Positions 25,211 to 38,430 of a stretch of 64,000 nt of DNA are shown here, in pieces. Within the stretch, counting starts at the first letter, position 1; each line of letters starts with the position of its first letter. The notes under the pieces were generated by a model. The model worked only from the letters and a program-made list of their open reading frames with translations. It did not search any database and was not told the origin of the DNA. The DNA is from Octopus sinensis (Eukaryota), in the NCBI RefSeq assembly GCF_006345805.1, contig NC_043001.1, positions 132,246,001 to 132,310,000 of the forward strand. The letters are read 5' to 3'. The position numbers and the translations under genes are program-made.

Positions 25211-26182
25211 TATTGCACTTTAGCATTATCAAATTTTGATAGATTGATTAAAGTTATAGAAAGAGAACGCCAAAACATCTTGGGGTTAATTATTTTTGCC
25301 CCTTTATGTTATGAGTTCAAATCCTGCTAGAATTGAGTTTACCTAATTTATCTTTCATCCTCTTGGGGAGAAGGAGGTGAAATAAGTTAAGTACTAGTTA
25401 ATCTAATCCACTTTCAGCCAGTCCCAAAAAAGCTGTTAAGAATTGTGACATTGTAGAAAATCCTTACTAAGTTTTTTTTTTTTTTAATGCAGTTGGAAAT
25501 AAGTAAACTGTAGTTAAAAGAGTATCTGTTATACTTAGTATGATATTTGTATGTTGGTTTAAAATATTTATTTAAAAGGTTATAAAAAAGAAAAAAAAGG
25601 TTTGATTGTCATGACTTCCAGTTTCAAACAGATATTTCTGATTTGATTTGTTTTCTTTTTCTTTCCTTATATTTTAACATTTCAAATGTTTGAATCAAAT
25701 TTTTGCAAAAATGTATACTTTTGAAAAGCAAGGACCTATAAAAAAATATCTTTATATGAAATCAATAACATTTATTTGCTGTCAACATTTCTAAAACAAC
25801 CAAAATGATATTCTGTATTTCAAAGAGATGGTGCTTGTGACCTTTTAAATGGTGAACTTTCTATGAAAAGGTAACAAATAAGAACAGATTTCAAATATCA
25901 GAAACTCAGATGTAGTAATGATCTCTATAACTAGTAATACATAATTAATCAATGGTGAATGTTAGCCTGTTAACAGATGTATTAAAAATGCAAACCAAAT
26001 CTGCAATGGCCCAAAATTGTTTCCTTGCAACAGCAATTCTTACAAACTCAACTGTTTTCTATTTTTCTACTCAGATGATCAAAATCTTGTTTTAGCAATT
26101 CACGCAGCACTCTCATCTAAGAGAAGAAGAAGAGTGAAGGGAATACTCATCTGCCACTAACTCTCATCACCCGATTAATCTT

Positions 26183-26411
26183 TTAACCCTTTAGTGTTCG
26201 CATTATTCTGCCAAAATTATTGCTTTTTTATCCACATTGTTTTGAACTAATCATGCATTATCTTGTAGCTATGAGATTTTGATGAGGTAGCTGTTAATTT
26301 TTAAAATGATATTGTAGGGTTGGTGTGAGAGACCAGATCTGGCCAGTTTGAACATAAAACAGGCAGAATACTTTTGGCCGGATATAACCAGTTTAAATGC
26401 TAAAGGGTTAA
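26183..26411. mobile_element. piggyBac-type MITE family 1, intact
   Basis: TTAA TSDs and TIRs ccctttag / ctaaaggg. Confidence 0.94.
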
Positions 26412-26498
26412 ATGACTACCCAACACTGTGTTTCTATATGGCCCAATATGATCAAGCTTAGATTTGAATTCATGTCACTTTATTTTAATGTTATGTTT

Positions 26499-26554
26499 GT
26501 TAAGAAATACTATTTCTTGTTAAGAAATACTATTTCTTGTTAAGAAATACTATT
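26499..26554. repeat. 20-bp minisatellite (ttaagaaatactatttcttg) x ~2.8
   Basis: Directly visible; the unit contains the palindrome aagaaata-c-tatttctt. Confidence 0.9.
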
Positions 26555-27545
26555 AATTCTAGTCCTTTCTTTCAAATACTAGGCCTATTCTCTTTCTTAT
26601 AAGGTCATTTCATTTGTACAAGAAAATAACTATTTTTCAGCTTGTAACAAATGAAAGAGATCAAAGTAAATTGACCTTAAAATCTCTTTACAACTCATGA
26701 CACAATATTATGAGGCAATGAAATTGGATTTTATGCTACAAATGTCAGCCAAATGAGTTACTCACAAAGTCTAAAACACAAATAGTATCCAAATAATACA
26801 AAAATATTTATAAATCCCTCACATTCATGAGTAATAATCTTTAACAGTCTTTGGTTACTAAGACTACTAAGACTACAATTTTTTGATATTAATAATGAAT
26901 ATTTTCATTTCATAAATGATGCAACTTAAGAAAATAATTGCTAGACTGGGCATTTCTAATTTGTGGACCAAAGTAGGTTTACTAATGTTCACGGTCTCTT
27001 TCAACTCTTGACACCTAAGTATCTTTCACAAACGCTGAAAATTTTACGATTTATGATTTGATGAAGAAGAAGACTGTAACTTCAGAGCAATGCTTCTTTC
27101 ACATATTCGCAACATAAACTAAAATTGACTGATCAGTTAGAAAAGAATATGATATTGAAGTAGATCATTAGCCACTGGTATAAAACCAGTATGTGTTATG
27201 ACTAACATGGCATAACATGCACTAAAGTCATTGATAAAAGGAAAATATTCTCTTTAGAAGGTTCGTATAAATGCAAACACTAACACTGCACAAAAACAAA
27301 GTACAGTAATGTCACTATCTTCATACAGTCATTTTTGTTTTTTATTTGATTCCACTTGGAGGACATAAAAATTACTGCAAAATCTTAAAAGAATCAGTTT
27401 ATCAAGGCATAATGTGTATTGCCATCCTATTCCTCTGACTAAGACCATAAAAAGTTTAGGCCTCCACTATCCAATGTACTTTTCTTTGAAAAGTGGAAAT
27501 GTGAAGTTTTACATCACAAGAGATTGAAATGATAGATATACAATC

Positions 27546-27929
27546 GGAAGGACTCCGTCGGTTACGACGATGAGGGTTCCCGTTGATCCGATCAACGGAA
27601 CAGCCTGCTCGTGAAATTAACGTGTAAGTGGCTGAGCACTCCACAGACACGTGTACCCTTAACGTAGTTCTCGGGGATATTCAGCGTGACACAGAGAGTG
27701 ACAAGGCCGGCCCTTTGAAATACAGGTACAACAGAAACAGGAAGTAAGAGTGAGAGAAAGTTGTGGTGAAAAAGTACAGCAGGGATCACCACCATCCTCT
27801 GCCGGAGCCTCGTGGAGCTTTTAGGTGTTTTCGCTCAATAAACACTCACAACGCCCGGTCTGGGAATCGAAACCGCGATCCTACGACTACGAGTCCGCTG
27901 CCCTAACCACTGGGCCATTGCGCCTCCAC
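27546..27929 (-). mobile_element. tRNA-derived SINE family C, full length
   Basis: Head tggcccagtggttagggcagcggactc..gtttcgattccc; TSD atatacaat; near identical to 51251 and 53513. Confidence 0.94.
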
Positions 27930-29457
27930 ATATACAATACACACACAAATACATATAGATATCAGAATGGTTATAGAGCAGACTTATCAAAGTGATTCTA
28001 TATGACCTCAAGCACTTCCAGAGGATCCTCTATGCACAGTCAGAAGATTTGGAACAGAGGCCAGACTAAATCCAGCTCTTATTCTTAAACACCCAGGTGG
28101 ATGGTTTAGGCATAAGGCCAACAAATCCTCCTCTTAAAAAATATATTTGTTAAGGAAACTTTGAGGATAAAAAATATTCAGACTCTATAGAGGACTTAAA
28201 CCAAACAATAAGCAGACTGACTATCTCTAACAAAAACTTCATGGATGAAGTTAGAAATATGGAAGATAGTCTACTCAACTTTGAAATTACCATATATTAC
28301 TACAATGGTAAATACTTCTGTCATTTCTCTATACTTTTGTTGCCCAGTAGAACTTTTATTCTGCTTAGCACCCAGAACTACACTAATCAACGACATTCCA
28401 TGCGTGACCATCTTTTCATTTTAGCCTCAAACTACAAAATATAAATTAATTTATTTAATCTATTTTTTAAACTTTTTTTTTTCAAACATGTATGATGAAA
28501 TAATATAATCTAAATAATTTTATTTTTGTTGTTTAGCTCCAAATTAGTTCTTATTGAACAGATGTGATCAAAAACATTTCAGCCTTTACCACTCTGTCTG
28601 TTTGTACCCCAGTATACACTATTCAAGTGTGTCTTTCATTTTGCTTTAAGATGATAGGCTGTAATTTGACAGATCTGGTGAGTACTTATGTAGAGTTACC
28701 CTTGGTTTCAGAAATCCTGGTTTGTTTGGGCATCTGTATCATCCTCTCAGCTTCAGTAAAATAAACCAATGGTGAGTTGAGTTATTCATCTCCCAACAGC
28801 TATGTAGTAGTGCATGACATATATAAATGTTTCTAAATAGAATTGGCCTAATATATGTGGTAAGATGCTAACTCACAATCATAGCACACTCATACACATA
28901 GACATGTGGATGTGTATAAAACAAAATTATGACATTATATAAGATTTTAAACAGCTTTTACAGCTAAATAATCTAATTCTATATAAATAGAGATTACATG
29001 CCATGCTATTGAAATTTTTTTTTATGACTTATAAAGACAATACTATTTTTCATGGAGAAAGGCAGAGAAAAATACATCTAGGTACATTATTTGTTCAAGT
29101 CAACCAAGTAAATATATATCACACTTTCATTTTCAAAGAGAAGCAGTTAGGGTACAAAAAGGGATCTAACTGTAAAACAATTCAGGCTTAAATAATTCAA
29201 GCAGACATATATACATTCACAACTACATTAAGAGTAATGTGAATACGAATATAGGTTAAGTTAAAACTAACCATTAATAAACAAATACAATTCTGCAGTG
29301 GGAAAAGAAATTCTGATAACAATATGTATGAAGATGCACTATCAAGCACAAAACTGAATGCAAGCAAATTTTCAAAGTGCATCCAAAATGACTACAAATG
29401 CAACAACTAAATAAAAATTTAAACATTTGATAGTATTTATTTTCCCTACTGTTATAT

Positions 29458-29790
29458 TGGCTCAGTGGTTAGAGCGTCAAGCTTACGATCGTGAGGTTGT
29501 GAGCTCGAATCCCGGACCGGCCTGCGTGTTGTGTTCTTGAGCAAGGCACTTTATTTCACGTTGCTCCAGTTCACTCAGCTGTAGAAATGAGTTGCGACGT
29601 CACAGGTGCCAAGCTGTATCGGCCTTTGCCTTTCCCTTGGACAACATCGGTGACGTGGAGAGGGGAGGCCGGTATGCATGGGCGACTGCTGGTCTTCCAT
29701 GAACAACTTTGCCTGGACTAGTGTCTAGGAGGGTAACTTTCTAGGTGCAATCCCATGGTCATTCATGACCGAAGGGGGTCTTTACCCTTT
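29458..29790 (+). mobile_element. tRNA-derived SINE family D
   Basis: A box tggctcagtggttagagcg, B box gctcgaatcccgg, central cttgagcaaggcacttt..cactcagctgtagaaatgagt; TSD tactgttatatt. Confidence 0.92.
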
Positions 29791-29846
29791 ACTGTTATAT
29801 TAAGAGTTCAAACCTTGCTAAGGTCAATTTTGTGGTGTATATTTCA

Positions 29847-29946
29847 TGGCCAATCTGAAGGAAGCGGTCCAGGATAGAACTGACTGGAGGACACTGATCC
29901 AACGAGTGACCAAGAGTCGACTTCGACTGAGCAGATAGAGAGAGAT
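29847..29946 (+). mobile_element. RTE/BovB-like LINE extreme 3' end
   Basis: LKEAVQDRTDWRTLIQRVTKSRLRLSR* resembles the BovB C-terminus (DREAWRAAVHGVAKSRTRL); flanked by atttca twice. Confidence 0.8.
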
Positions 29947-30220
29947 TTCAAGATCAGGAAAGTTACTACCAGATGTACCAGGGTTGATATAACTGCAAAT
30001 ACCCGCCTCCAGTGAAATGAGTAAGTTGAACCAATATGAAAAATATATCACTCTGCAGAACTAATAGAATGACAAAGAAGCTTTGCAGCATTTCATTACA
30101 TTGATTTTACTTTCTTAAGTAAAAACTTACTGAGTTCATCTTAACTCCTTATCATTCCAGATGTCATTATATACAATAATATATCAGTACCAGTCGGATA
30201 CTACAAGCATTTAAGCCAAC

Positions 30221-30280
30221 GGTACTCTTAAACTGTGCAGGATATCATTGCTCTGGTACCCTACACAGTTTAAGGGTACC
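30221..30280. repeat. 60-nt foldback (27-bp arms, 6-nt loop)
   Basis: ggtactcttaaactgtgcaggatatca-ttgctc-tggtaccctacacagtttaagggtacc; 4 transition differences between arms. Confidence 0.92.
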
Positions 30281-32704
30281 AATATTAGAAGTCATTGTTA
30301 TTGTTACAACTATTAAGGCAGCAAGCACATCAGATGAAATGCATAGCAGTGTTTCTTCTGACCCACTACATTCTGAGTTCAAATGTCATTGAGGTCGACT
30401 TTACTTTTCATCCTTCAGAGGTCAATAAAATAAGTACCATTTGAACACTAGGGGCGGATGTAAGTGACTAGCCCAGTTCCCCAAAATTTCAGGCCTTGTG
30501 CCCATAGTAGAATTATCACTACTGTTATAATATTAACCTCCCTCCCATTCAAAATTGCTGGCTATATTCCAACTTAGAAATCAAAAAGGTGGGTAGATTG
30601 ACAGAATTGTTAGTGTCAGTTAAGATGTCTTGGAGTATTTATTCCAGTTTTGTACACTCCAGGTTCAAATTTCTCCAAAGTTAACTTAGCTTTTTATCCA
30701 TTAGGGAGCAATAAAATAAAGTACCAGTCAAATAAGAAGGTCAATTTAACCAACTAACCTCCAACCACCATATCTCAGGATTTGTTCCTAACTTTAAAAC
30801 AATTATTATTATAATCATCATAATCATCATCAACATCATCATCATCATCACCACCACCACTACCGTCATTGTCATTATTAATATTATTATTAGCACTGTT
30901 ACAACATGGAAGATTGGGTCTTTTGAATCATTAATGTGACATTTTTGGCAATAACAACTATTAATTCCTTTTAGAATGTCATTTAACTGATGTTAGGTCT
31001 TTAAGGGTAAAAAATAAAACCCCAGAATGTTCTGGGTTTCCATTTTCTTTTTAGAGAGTGGGGAAGAGAACATGCTGGAAAATGGATGGATATTGCATAA
31101 CCAGTAAGAGATCTCAGGGGTTAAAAACAGAATATTCTTGAGTTGTTATTTTATTCTATTAATTTTTAAGGGCAGGGGCTAGGAGATGCTGTAAGATGGA
31201 ATTGCTTTGCAAGCAAAATATGTTAACAGTCTAAATCAACCAATCAATTTTATTTGAAAGCTGAAATATCACTTTAGCCAACAGTTTTGGTGATATGAGA
31301 TAGCATTCATTTGTAATTCCATAAAATAAAAAAATATAATATACTAATTCAAGCCAATAACATTAGAGTTTAGAATAAAAGAAAATTGCTTGAATCTAAA
31401 TGGGAACTCTGCCTGTTGTTATTAAAATGTAACTAAAATGTTTTAATAGACTTTAGTGCCCTAACTTGAAATTTGTAGCAAGTGAGAGGCTCCTGAGTGG
31501 ATCTAAGAATGTGTAAAAATTTAATCAGTATAAATGCAAAACAGAAAACAAAATGTGGTGGACTGCATCCAATTTAACCGTTGATTAAGGCTTAGCACAT
31601 CAAAGGTCATTCATCTTGTTTGGTTTTATTTAGAGAAATGATAAAATTAAAAGAATAAGGAAGTTCTCTTTGAGAAATTGATATTACATTAAAAAATAAA
31701 TAAATAAACAATAGTTTTGAAATGCAACCACTTTTGATTATCAAAAAATAAAGTGAGAGACAACCAATTTGAATTATATACATCTGAATAATGAATTATT
31801 ACACTTTATTCTTCATTTGTAAAGGTAAACAACAACAAAAATGAAGACAAAAAGAAAATTTAAGCAATAAATTTAAATGACTAAATGTCCATTTAGCTTA
31901 CTAAGAGAAATTATCCCTTCAGAAAAATATCCTTTCGGAAAACTACCCCTTCAGAGAAAAAAAAAATTAACAGAAAACATATACAAGCACACATGTGCAC
32001 AATGTACATGCACAAACATACACATGCACATAGAGAAAAATTCCTACAGAGAAGACCTTGTTACAGCCAGTATAGTTACTGCAATGAATACCAACCTCTG
32101 ACAAGACAATAAGCAGTTGCACTTCTCATTTTCTGCATGTTCTGTCATTCTTCATTTCATTTCGTTATTTCACCTTTTGTGTTGTGCACCTCTATTTCTT
32201 CCTTTATTTTTTTTCTCTCTCTCTCTCTCTTTGTCACCATGTTCATCGATGCATCAAGTGTTGCAAAAATGAGCAACAAACTAAAATGTGTTTTTAAAAT
32301 GTTCACTGACCTCTAGGAAAGCATTGGTAGCTGTGCAGCAGACACAGTTGGTAGAACACACACAATTTTCAAAACTTCTTTTTAAAACTTCACCAAATGT
32401 AAAATTAACCCTTTTAATAATGGAAGAGATGTGCAACAATAAAATACTGTGTTGCCAGCATTTTAAACTGAGAGATTTATTTATATTCTTTATTTTTGGA
32501 TTAACAATATTTTTACATTAATTTCTAAAATTTATTTATTTATTTATTTTTAGTTTTATTAAGTCAAAGCATTCTCTGCTTGAAAATCTCAATATTCAAT
32601 GTGGACTGATTTAATGTTCCTTATGCAACCACTTCAGTTTCAATCAGCTTCTTACAAGTTATATAATATATATATATGCATACATAAATAATAATATAAT
32701 ATAT

Positions 32705-32766
<62 letters not shown>

Positions 32767-33468
32767 CTACATATACATATATATATATATTCTATTATAT
32801 TGTATTATATATAATAGCTATATCATATTTTCTGTGTTTACATCTGTTCAATGGCATTTACTGTTATCTTTAGAAATTTGTATTTTTTCCCCCCTTAAAC
32901 TATTTATTCTTTTTCTTTCTCCCTACATATGTACAAATCACAATACTTAGAATATATAACTCTTGACATGCTCTCACATGCTCATCGATGCAAATATAAC
33001 TGTATACATGCATATTTTTGACAATTTTGTGATCTGCCTGTCTGTCTGTCAGCCTGCTTGCCTGCCTGCCTGCCTGCCCGCCTGACTGACAAAATAGATC
33101 ATTTTTCAAGAACAACGTTTATATAACCAGAGATGTGAAATAAAAGCAGGATGTGTATATATAAAAGATAAGTGCCTAGAAACATGTCTCATCTGGAATG
33201 AGTGCTTTGGAATCATTTAACAACAAGAAACTTCAGATATGAATTAAGTCATGCAGACATGAATGGAATAAAAGAGAATCAGTCAAGCAGATTATATATA
33301 CGTGTGTGTTTGTGTGTGCATGTTACATATAAATATATGTATAGCATGTATAGATATTATATTTTATATATACTATATATCATATATATATATATATATA
33401 TGTATGCATGTATATATATATATGTATATATATATGTATGTATATGTATATATATATATATATTTATA

Positions 33469-33635
33469 ACATACATGAATATATTTTTGATATATGTATA
33501 TATGTAGATATATAATATATTTGTGCATATGTGTGTGTGTGTGTGTATCTATATATATATGTATATATATTACATACATGAATATATTTTTGATATATGT
33601 ATATATGTAGATATATAATATATTTGTGTATATGT
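33469..33635 (+). repeat. ~100-bp-period tandem duplication inside a TA/TG microsatellite
   Basis: acatacatgaatatatttttgatatatgtatatatgtagatatataatatatttgtg at 33469 and 33572. Confidence 0.9.
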
Positions 33636-33696
33636 GTGTGAATGTATCTATTTATATATATGTGTATGCATAAGTTCATGTGCATATATATGTAAG

Positions 33697-33731
<35 letters not shown>

Positions 33732-34215
33732 TACATACATACGGCCATGCACATATGGAGATGCATGTGTATCTACATGTTCACTGCATAAGCATGAAAC
33801 TTATGTGTGCAAAGTTATTTAATCTCATACATATTCCTAAGTGTAACATTACATTTTGTGAATATGTATTTATGCATCTATATGCATTTAATAAACAATA
33901 GCATAAGAATTGTAATAACAAAAGAAAAAAAAGAGACACAAACAGAAGCAGAAACCAAAGAGAAGGAAAGACAACAGGACTAAACAGCATCAAAGGAAAA
34001 TCCTGCACCTAGATCCAAAAGCCAGCAATATGACATAACAAATTGCTGGTGTATATAGTCTCCATATATTATTAAGTTGCCTGTTACTAGATACCGGCTG
34101 ATTGACGGAGCTATCTCAGTTATAGCAATAATATGCTATCAATGCCATGCTCTGATGACCAATGTTATCTACACCTAATCCTATATATATTGATTGTGCC
34201 GACCGAGCAGCAAAC

Positions 34216-34248
34216 CTCTTTCAGTTTTGCTGCCATTTTGGTTTTTAT
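34216..34248 (-). CDS. Candidate 33-nt microexon (IKTKMAAKLKE in phase 0, or DKNQNGSKTER in phase 1)
   Basis: tcctttctgacag| ... gag|gtttgc; length divisible by 3; lies in a repeat-free complex island. Confidence 0.3.
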
Positions 34249-35244
34249 CTGTCAGAAAGGATTATATGCTCACTAGTATCGGGTCCCCTGCTGACAGTAT
34301 TATAGAACAGAAGGTTCTATTTCCAGGGAAGCTTTTCTGAAGGGAGTGACAGGGTAGTAATAGCATTTGTGAGAAGTACAAAGCGATCCAGCAATATAGA
34401 CTTTTAATAGTGAGTTTCATATTCTCACTTTGTTATATCCAGATCAAATTCAATAATAAATAAATAATATCTGAATTGAATAGAAAACAAATTCAAAATT
34501 TGATATATTCATAAATGCATGGAAATATATCTTTAAGATATCTGCATACATATATACATAGAGAAATATACAAGTATGTACATAAATAGTAATATCTATC
34601 AATTTTCATGTATCTGAAACAAATATAATCTAATGCAATATGTACAATATTTCATACAAGAAAACTAATTTACAATTTTTGTAACTTAATTATCTCCATA
34701 GTAATTGTGAATAAAAGAATTTTCTAAGTAGAAGATTCCAATCAGAATTTTCTACTCACAAAAGAGTGAAGTTAAATATATTGGATAAGTTACATTTTCC
34801 CTTGAATCCCTTATTTTAAAAGGGAACTGTCATATATAATAATTAAACATCATTGGCAGCTATATAATCTCTTGATTAAGGAAATACAAATTCAAGTATA
34901 CATATATGCAACTGCTATTGAAGCACTGAAACTTGACTTTTTAGACTGCTCTGAACAGAATGAGAGACTTCATCACATATATTCCCTAATTGTAACACAC
35001 TGAAGGCATTCACTGTGTCAAAATTAATTTGTTTGGATTCATATCTTGTCAGGTTATTCACGAAAATAAATGAAAAAGTAAACAAAACAACACCTGCATT
35101 GAAAAATATTGTACATTTTGTGTTTCTGTGAGGGGAAATGATTCCACAATAAAAATCCATTCTCATGAGGTATATAAAAGTCTGACCTTAGAACTACTCA
35201 ACTGCAATATATGAGTTACTATCATAAATATTATAAATAATTAT

Positions 35245-35664
35245 AGGCGTAGGAGTGGCTGTGTGGTAAATAGCTTGTTTACCAACCACATGGTTCCAGG
35301 TTCAGTCCCACTGCATGGCACCTTGGGCAAGTGTCTTCTACTATAGCCTCGGGTCAACCAAAGCCTTGTGAGTGGATTTGGTAGATGGAAACTGAAAGAA
35401 GCCTGTCGTATATATGTATATATATACATATATGTGTGTGTATATGTTTGTGTGTCTGTGTTTGTCCCCCCCCCCCACAACATTGCTTGACAACTCATGC
35501 TGGTGTGTTTATGTTGCCGTAACTTAGCGGTTTGGCAAAAGAGACCAATAGAATAAGTACTACGCTTACAAAGAATAAGTCCTGGGGTCGATTTGCTCGA
35601 CTAAAGGTGGTGCTCCAGCATGGCCATAGTCAAATGACTGAAACAAGTAAAAGAGTAAAAGAGA
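35245..35664 (+). mobile_element. SINE family A, full length
   Basis: Matches the family consensus. Confidence 0.94.
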
Positions 35665-36510
35665 ATTGTTATACTTAGGTATTTTCCTCATCTTTTGCTA
35701 CAGCCTCCTATTCACTTTAGCCATGCTGTTCACATATTGTTCACATAACTACCTTGTTTATTTTCAGATTCTCTTTTTAAGAATGACCAACTTCTGCACA
35801 GTTTCTCTTGCGCTTCTTGTTTGATTAAATATGAGGTCAGCCTTAATTGAAAAGAAAACTGAAGTTGTGGAAATCAATCTCAATACATCACTGATATTCA
35901 TTTCCTTCTTTTTCAAGTAGCTACAGTTGAGATACATTTCACCATGCTGTAAAAAGAATCCTTCTGGCTTTCATTAGCTTTGGTAGGTTCTCAGTTTCTG
36001 TTATGTCGCTCGTTCAGATGACCGCTACTCAACTTGACTCTACTCTGCTGCCTTCTACTACTCTCTACTCAGCTGTTCTTGACGTCTAAGCTTCTCCCTC
36101 TATATTTACGTATTGGGCTAGCCTACTTCATCGTCTGGGGGAGTCCACACAACAGTTTCACAGTGTGTGTCTCAGTCAATAGCATCAGTTTAGTTGAATG
36201 AGCTTTTGTTTTCCATTAAGGTGCAGAAGTTTCTAGAATATAGTATCCAACATGGACTGGTGTTCAGTACAATACAAATGGTCAGTAAAGCCAACAGGAG
36301 TAGAGAATGGGGAAAATGCATCCATAAACCTCCTCTTTGGTCTTCTACTCAAAATAGGTGTTTTGAGTTCTCTTCAGAAGCCATCATAGTAAGCTGCAGA
36401 TCAACCCCATGATGAAACGAAAGCACTCAAAATAATAGCTCACTGAGACATGCAAAGATCACAGTTCATTACAGCAGCAAGATCCAACACACACTTAGTG
36501 CCACTATATG

Positions 36511-36735
36511 TTAACCCTTTTGTTACTGAATTTATTTTGAGATGCTCAGTGTTTCTTCCAATTATGTTAAATATAACAAAGAATTAAGTAAAATAACATT
36601 GTTACCATTAAGCTAGAGTTAGGGACATAAATTGTGACTAAGGTTTGGTGGAAGGTTTTAATTCAGAACTTTTGAAAACCAGACATTTGTACTAAAGAGC
36701 CAGAGCCGGTTTCAGCTGGGTTGGTAATGAAAGGA
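36511..36735. mobile_element. piggyBac-type MITE family 2
   Basis: TTAA-CCCTTT start; reverse complement of 15877-16106; right end eroded. Confidence 0.85.
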
Positions 36736-36827
36736 ATCTCCTTCAAATACCCAGGCATATCAAGCAACACATCAGAATGGAACCATAACGCCATACCAAC
36801 AGGATCATAAATGAAACTAGATATATA

Positions 36828-37195
36828 TCTTTTACCTTCTACTTGTTTCAGTCATTAAACTGTGGTCATGCTGGGGCACTGCTTTGAAGAATTTTTAGAT
36901 GAATGAATGGACCCCCAATACTATTTTTTTTTAAGCCTGGCACTTTTCTGTTAATCTCTTTTGCTGCTCTGCTAAGTTATGGGTGTCATAAACACACCAA
37001 CACTAGTGGGGGGGGGCAAACACAAAGACACACACATATATATATATGACGGTCACTGTCTACCAAATCCACTCACAAAGCTTTGGTCAGTCTGAGGTTA
37101 TAGTAGAAGACACTTACCTAAGGCGCCACACAGTGGGACTGAACCTGGAACCATGTGGTTGGGAAGCAAGCTTCTTACCACACAGCCACACTTGC
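36828..37195 (-). mobile_element. Older SINE family A copy
   Basis: Degenerate match to family A. Confidence 0.85.
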
Positions 37196-37774
37196 ATATG
37201 TGTGCATGTGCGTGTGTATGTTAAAACAGCTACACAAGTTTTAAATACTGTATTGGGCTTACACTAATAAAAAAACAAGAACACGGTAAATCAGTGATGC
37301 TGGATCTGTAGACCACTTCCAGTTAGTTGCTATAGGTGTTGTTGTTGATGATGATGATGATGATGATGATGACCAAGACTGTGTGATGGTGACACCAACA
37401 AGTGCAAACATGTCAACAAACTTATGTAGGAAATAGCATTCACCCTCAAGTTCTTCCCTTTACACATGTTAAAATGTTAAAAAAAAAAAAAACTAGAATG
37501 AAATGAAATAGCCCACAGATGTAATTATCGCACTGTGCAGAAGTTTACAATCATTGATTTAGACAATATAACTTGTATCAGAATTGTGGAAATATATTGC
37601 TGATAGCATTGGTTCTTCAGTCAAAATTATTGCCAGTGCATCTCAGTGAATTATAACAATGCATGTGCCTTTGTGTGTGTATGTGTGTGTGTGTGTGGTG
37701 GTGGTGGGGGGGGGAACAGAGAGAAAGGGAGGCGGTGAGAGAGATGGAAGGAAAAAGGGATAGAGTGTGTTTCT

Positions 37775-37999
37775 GAGAGAGAGACAGACAGAAAGAAAGA
37801 GAGGAAGGAAGAAAGAAGGAAAGAGAGAGAGGGGGGAGAGCAAAAGAAAGAAAGAAAGAGAGAGAGAGAGAAAGAACAAAAGAAAGAAAGAAAGAAGGAG
37901 AGAGAGAGAGAGAAAGAAAGAAAGAAAGAAAGAAAGAAGGAGAGAGAGAGAGAAAGAAAGAACAAAAGAAAGAAAGAAAGAAAGAAAGGAGAGAGAGAG

Positions 38000-38040
<41 letters not shown>

Positions 38041-38430
38041 AAGAAAGAACAAAAGAAAGAAAGAAAGAAAGAAAGGAGAGAGAGAGAGACAGAGAAAGAA
38101 AGAACAAAAGAAAGAAAGAAAGAAAGGAGAGAGAGAGAGAGAGAGAGAAAGAAAGAACAAAAGAAAGAAAGAAAGAAAGAAAGAAAGGAAAGAGATAGAG
38201 ACAGAACAAGAAAAAATAATGACTGATATATAGCAAGAAAAATTGTGTGTATGTGAGAGAGACAGGCAGACAAACAGAAATAGAATGTATGTGTATGTGA
38301 GAGAGTGAGAGAGAGAGAGAGAGAGGGGGAGAGGGGGAGAGAGAGATAATGTGTATAAAAAAGAGAGAGATATAATGTGTATGAAAGAGAGAGAAAGAGA
38401 TGGAGAGAGGAAGTGAGAGAGAGGGAAAGA
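37775..38430. repeat. Polypurine (AG)n/(AAAG)n compound array with a recurring gaaagaacaaaagaaag unit
   Basis: Directly visible. Confidence 0.95.

Noticed and set aside
26766-26770. tgtgttttag|acttt|gtgagt on -: possible 5-nt microexon
   Set aside because: Not frame-preserving and expected by chance in 64 kb; no further support.
28711-28770. + strand 60-nt exon-like segment ending atg|gtgagt; similar candidates at 57207-57323 and near 1548
   Set aside because: Weak acceptors, unrecognisable peptides, and opposite to the inferred transcription strand.
29458-29530. tRNA-like sequences (also 51251, 53513, 27860)
   Set aside because: SINE heads with A/B boxes but no intact cloverleaf; they continue into SINE bodies with TSDs.
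34915-35166. 83-aa minus-strand ORF with an internal acceptor-like site
   Set aside because: No recognisable motif, AT-rich, and length compatible with chance.
35948-36154. TG..CA-bounded segment resembling a solo LTR
   Set aside because: No target-site duplication and no second copy in the window.
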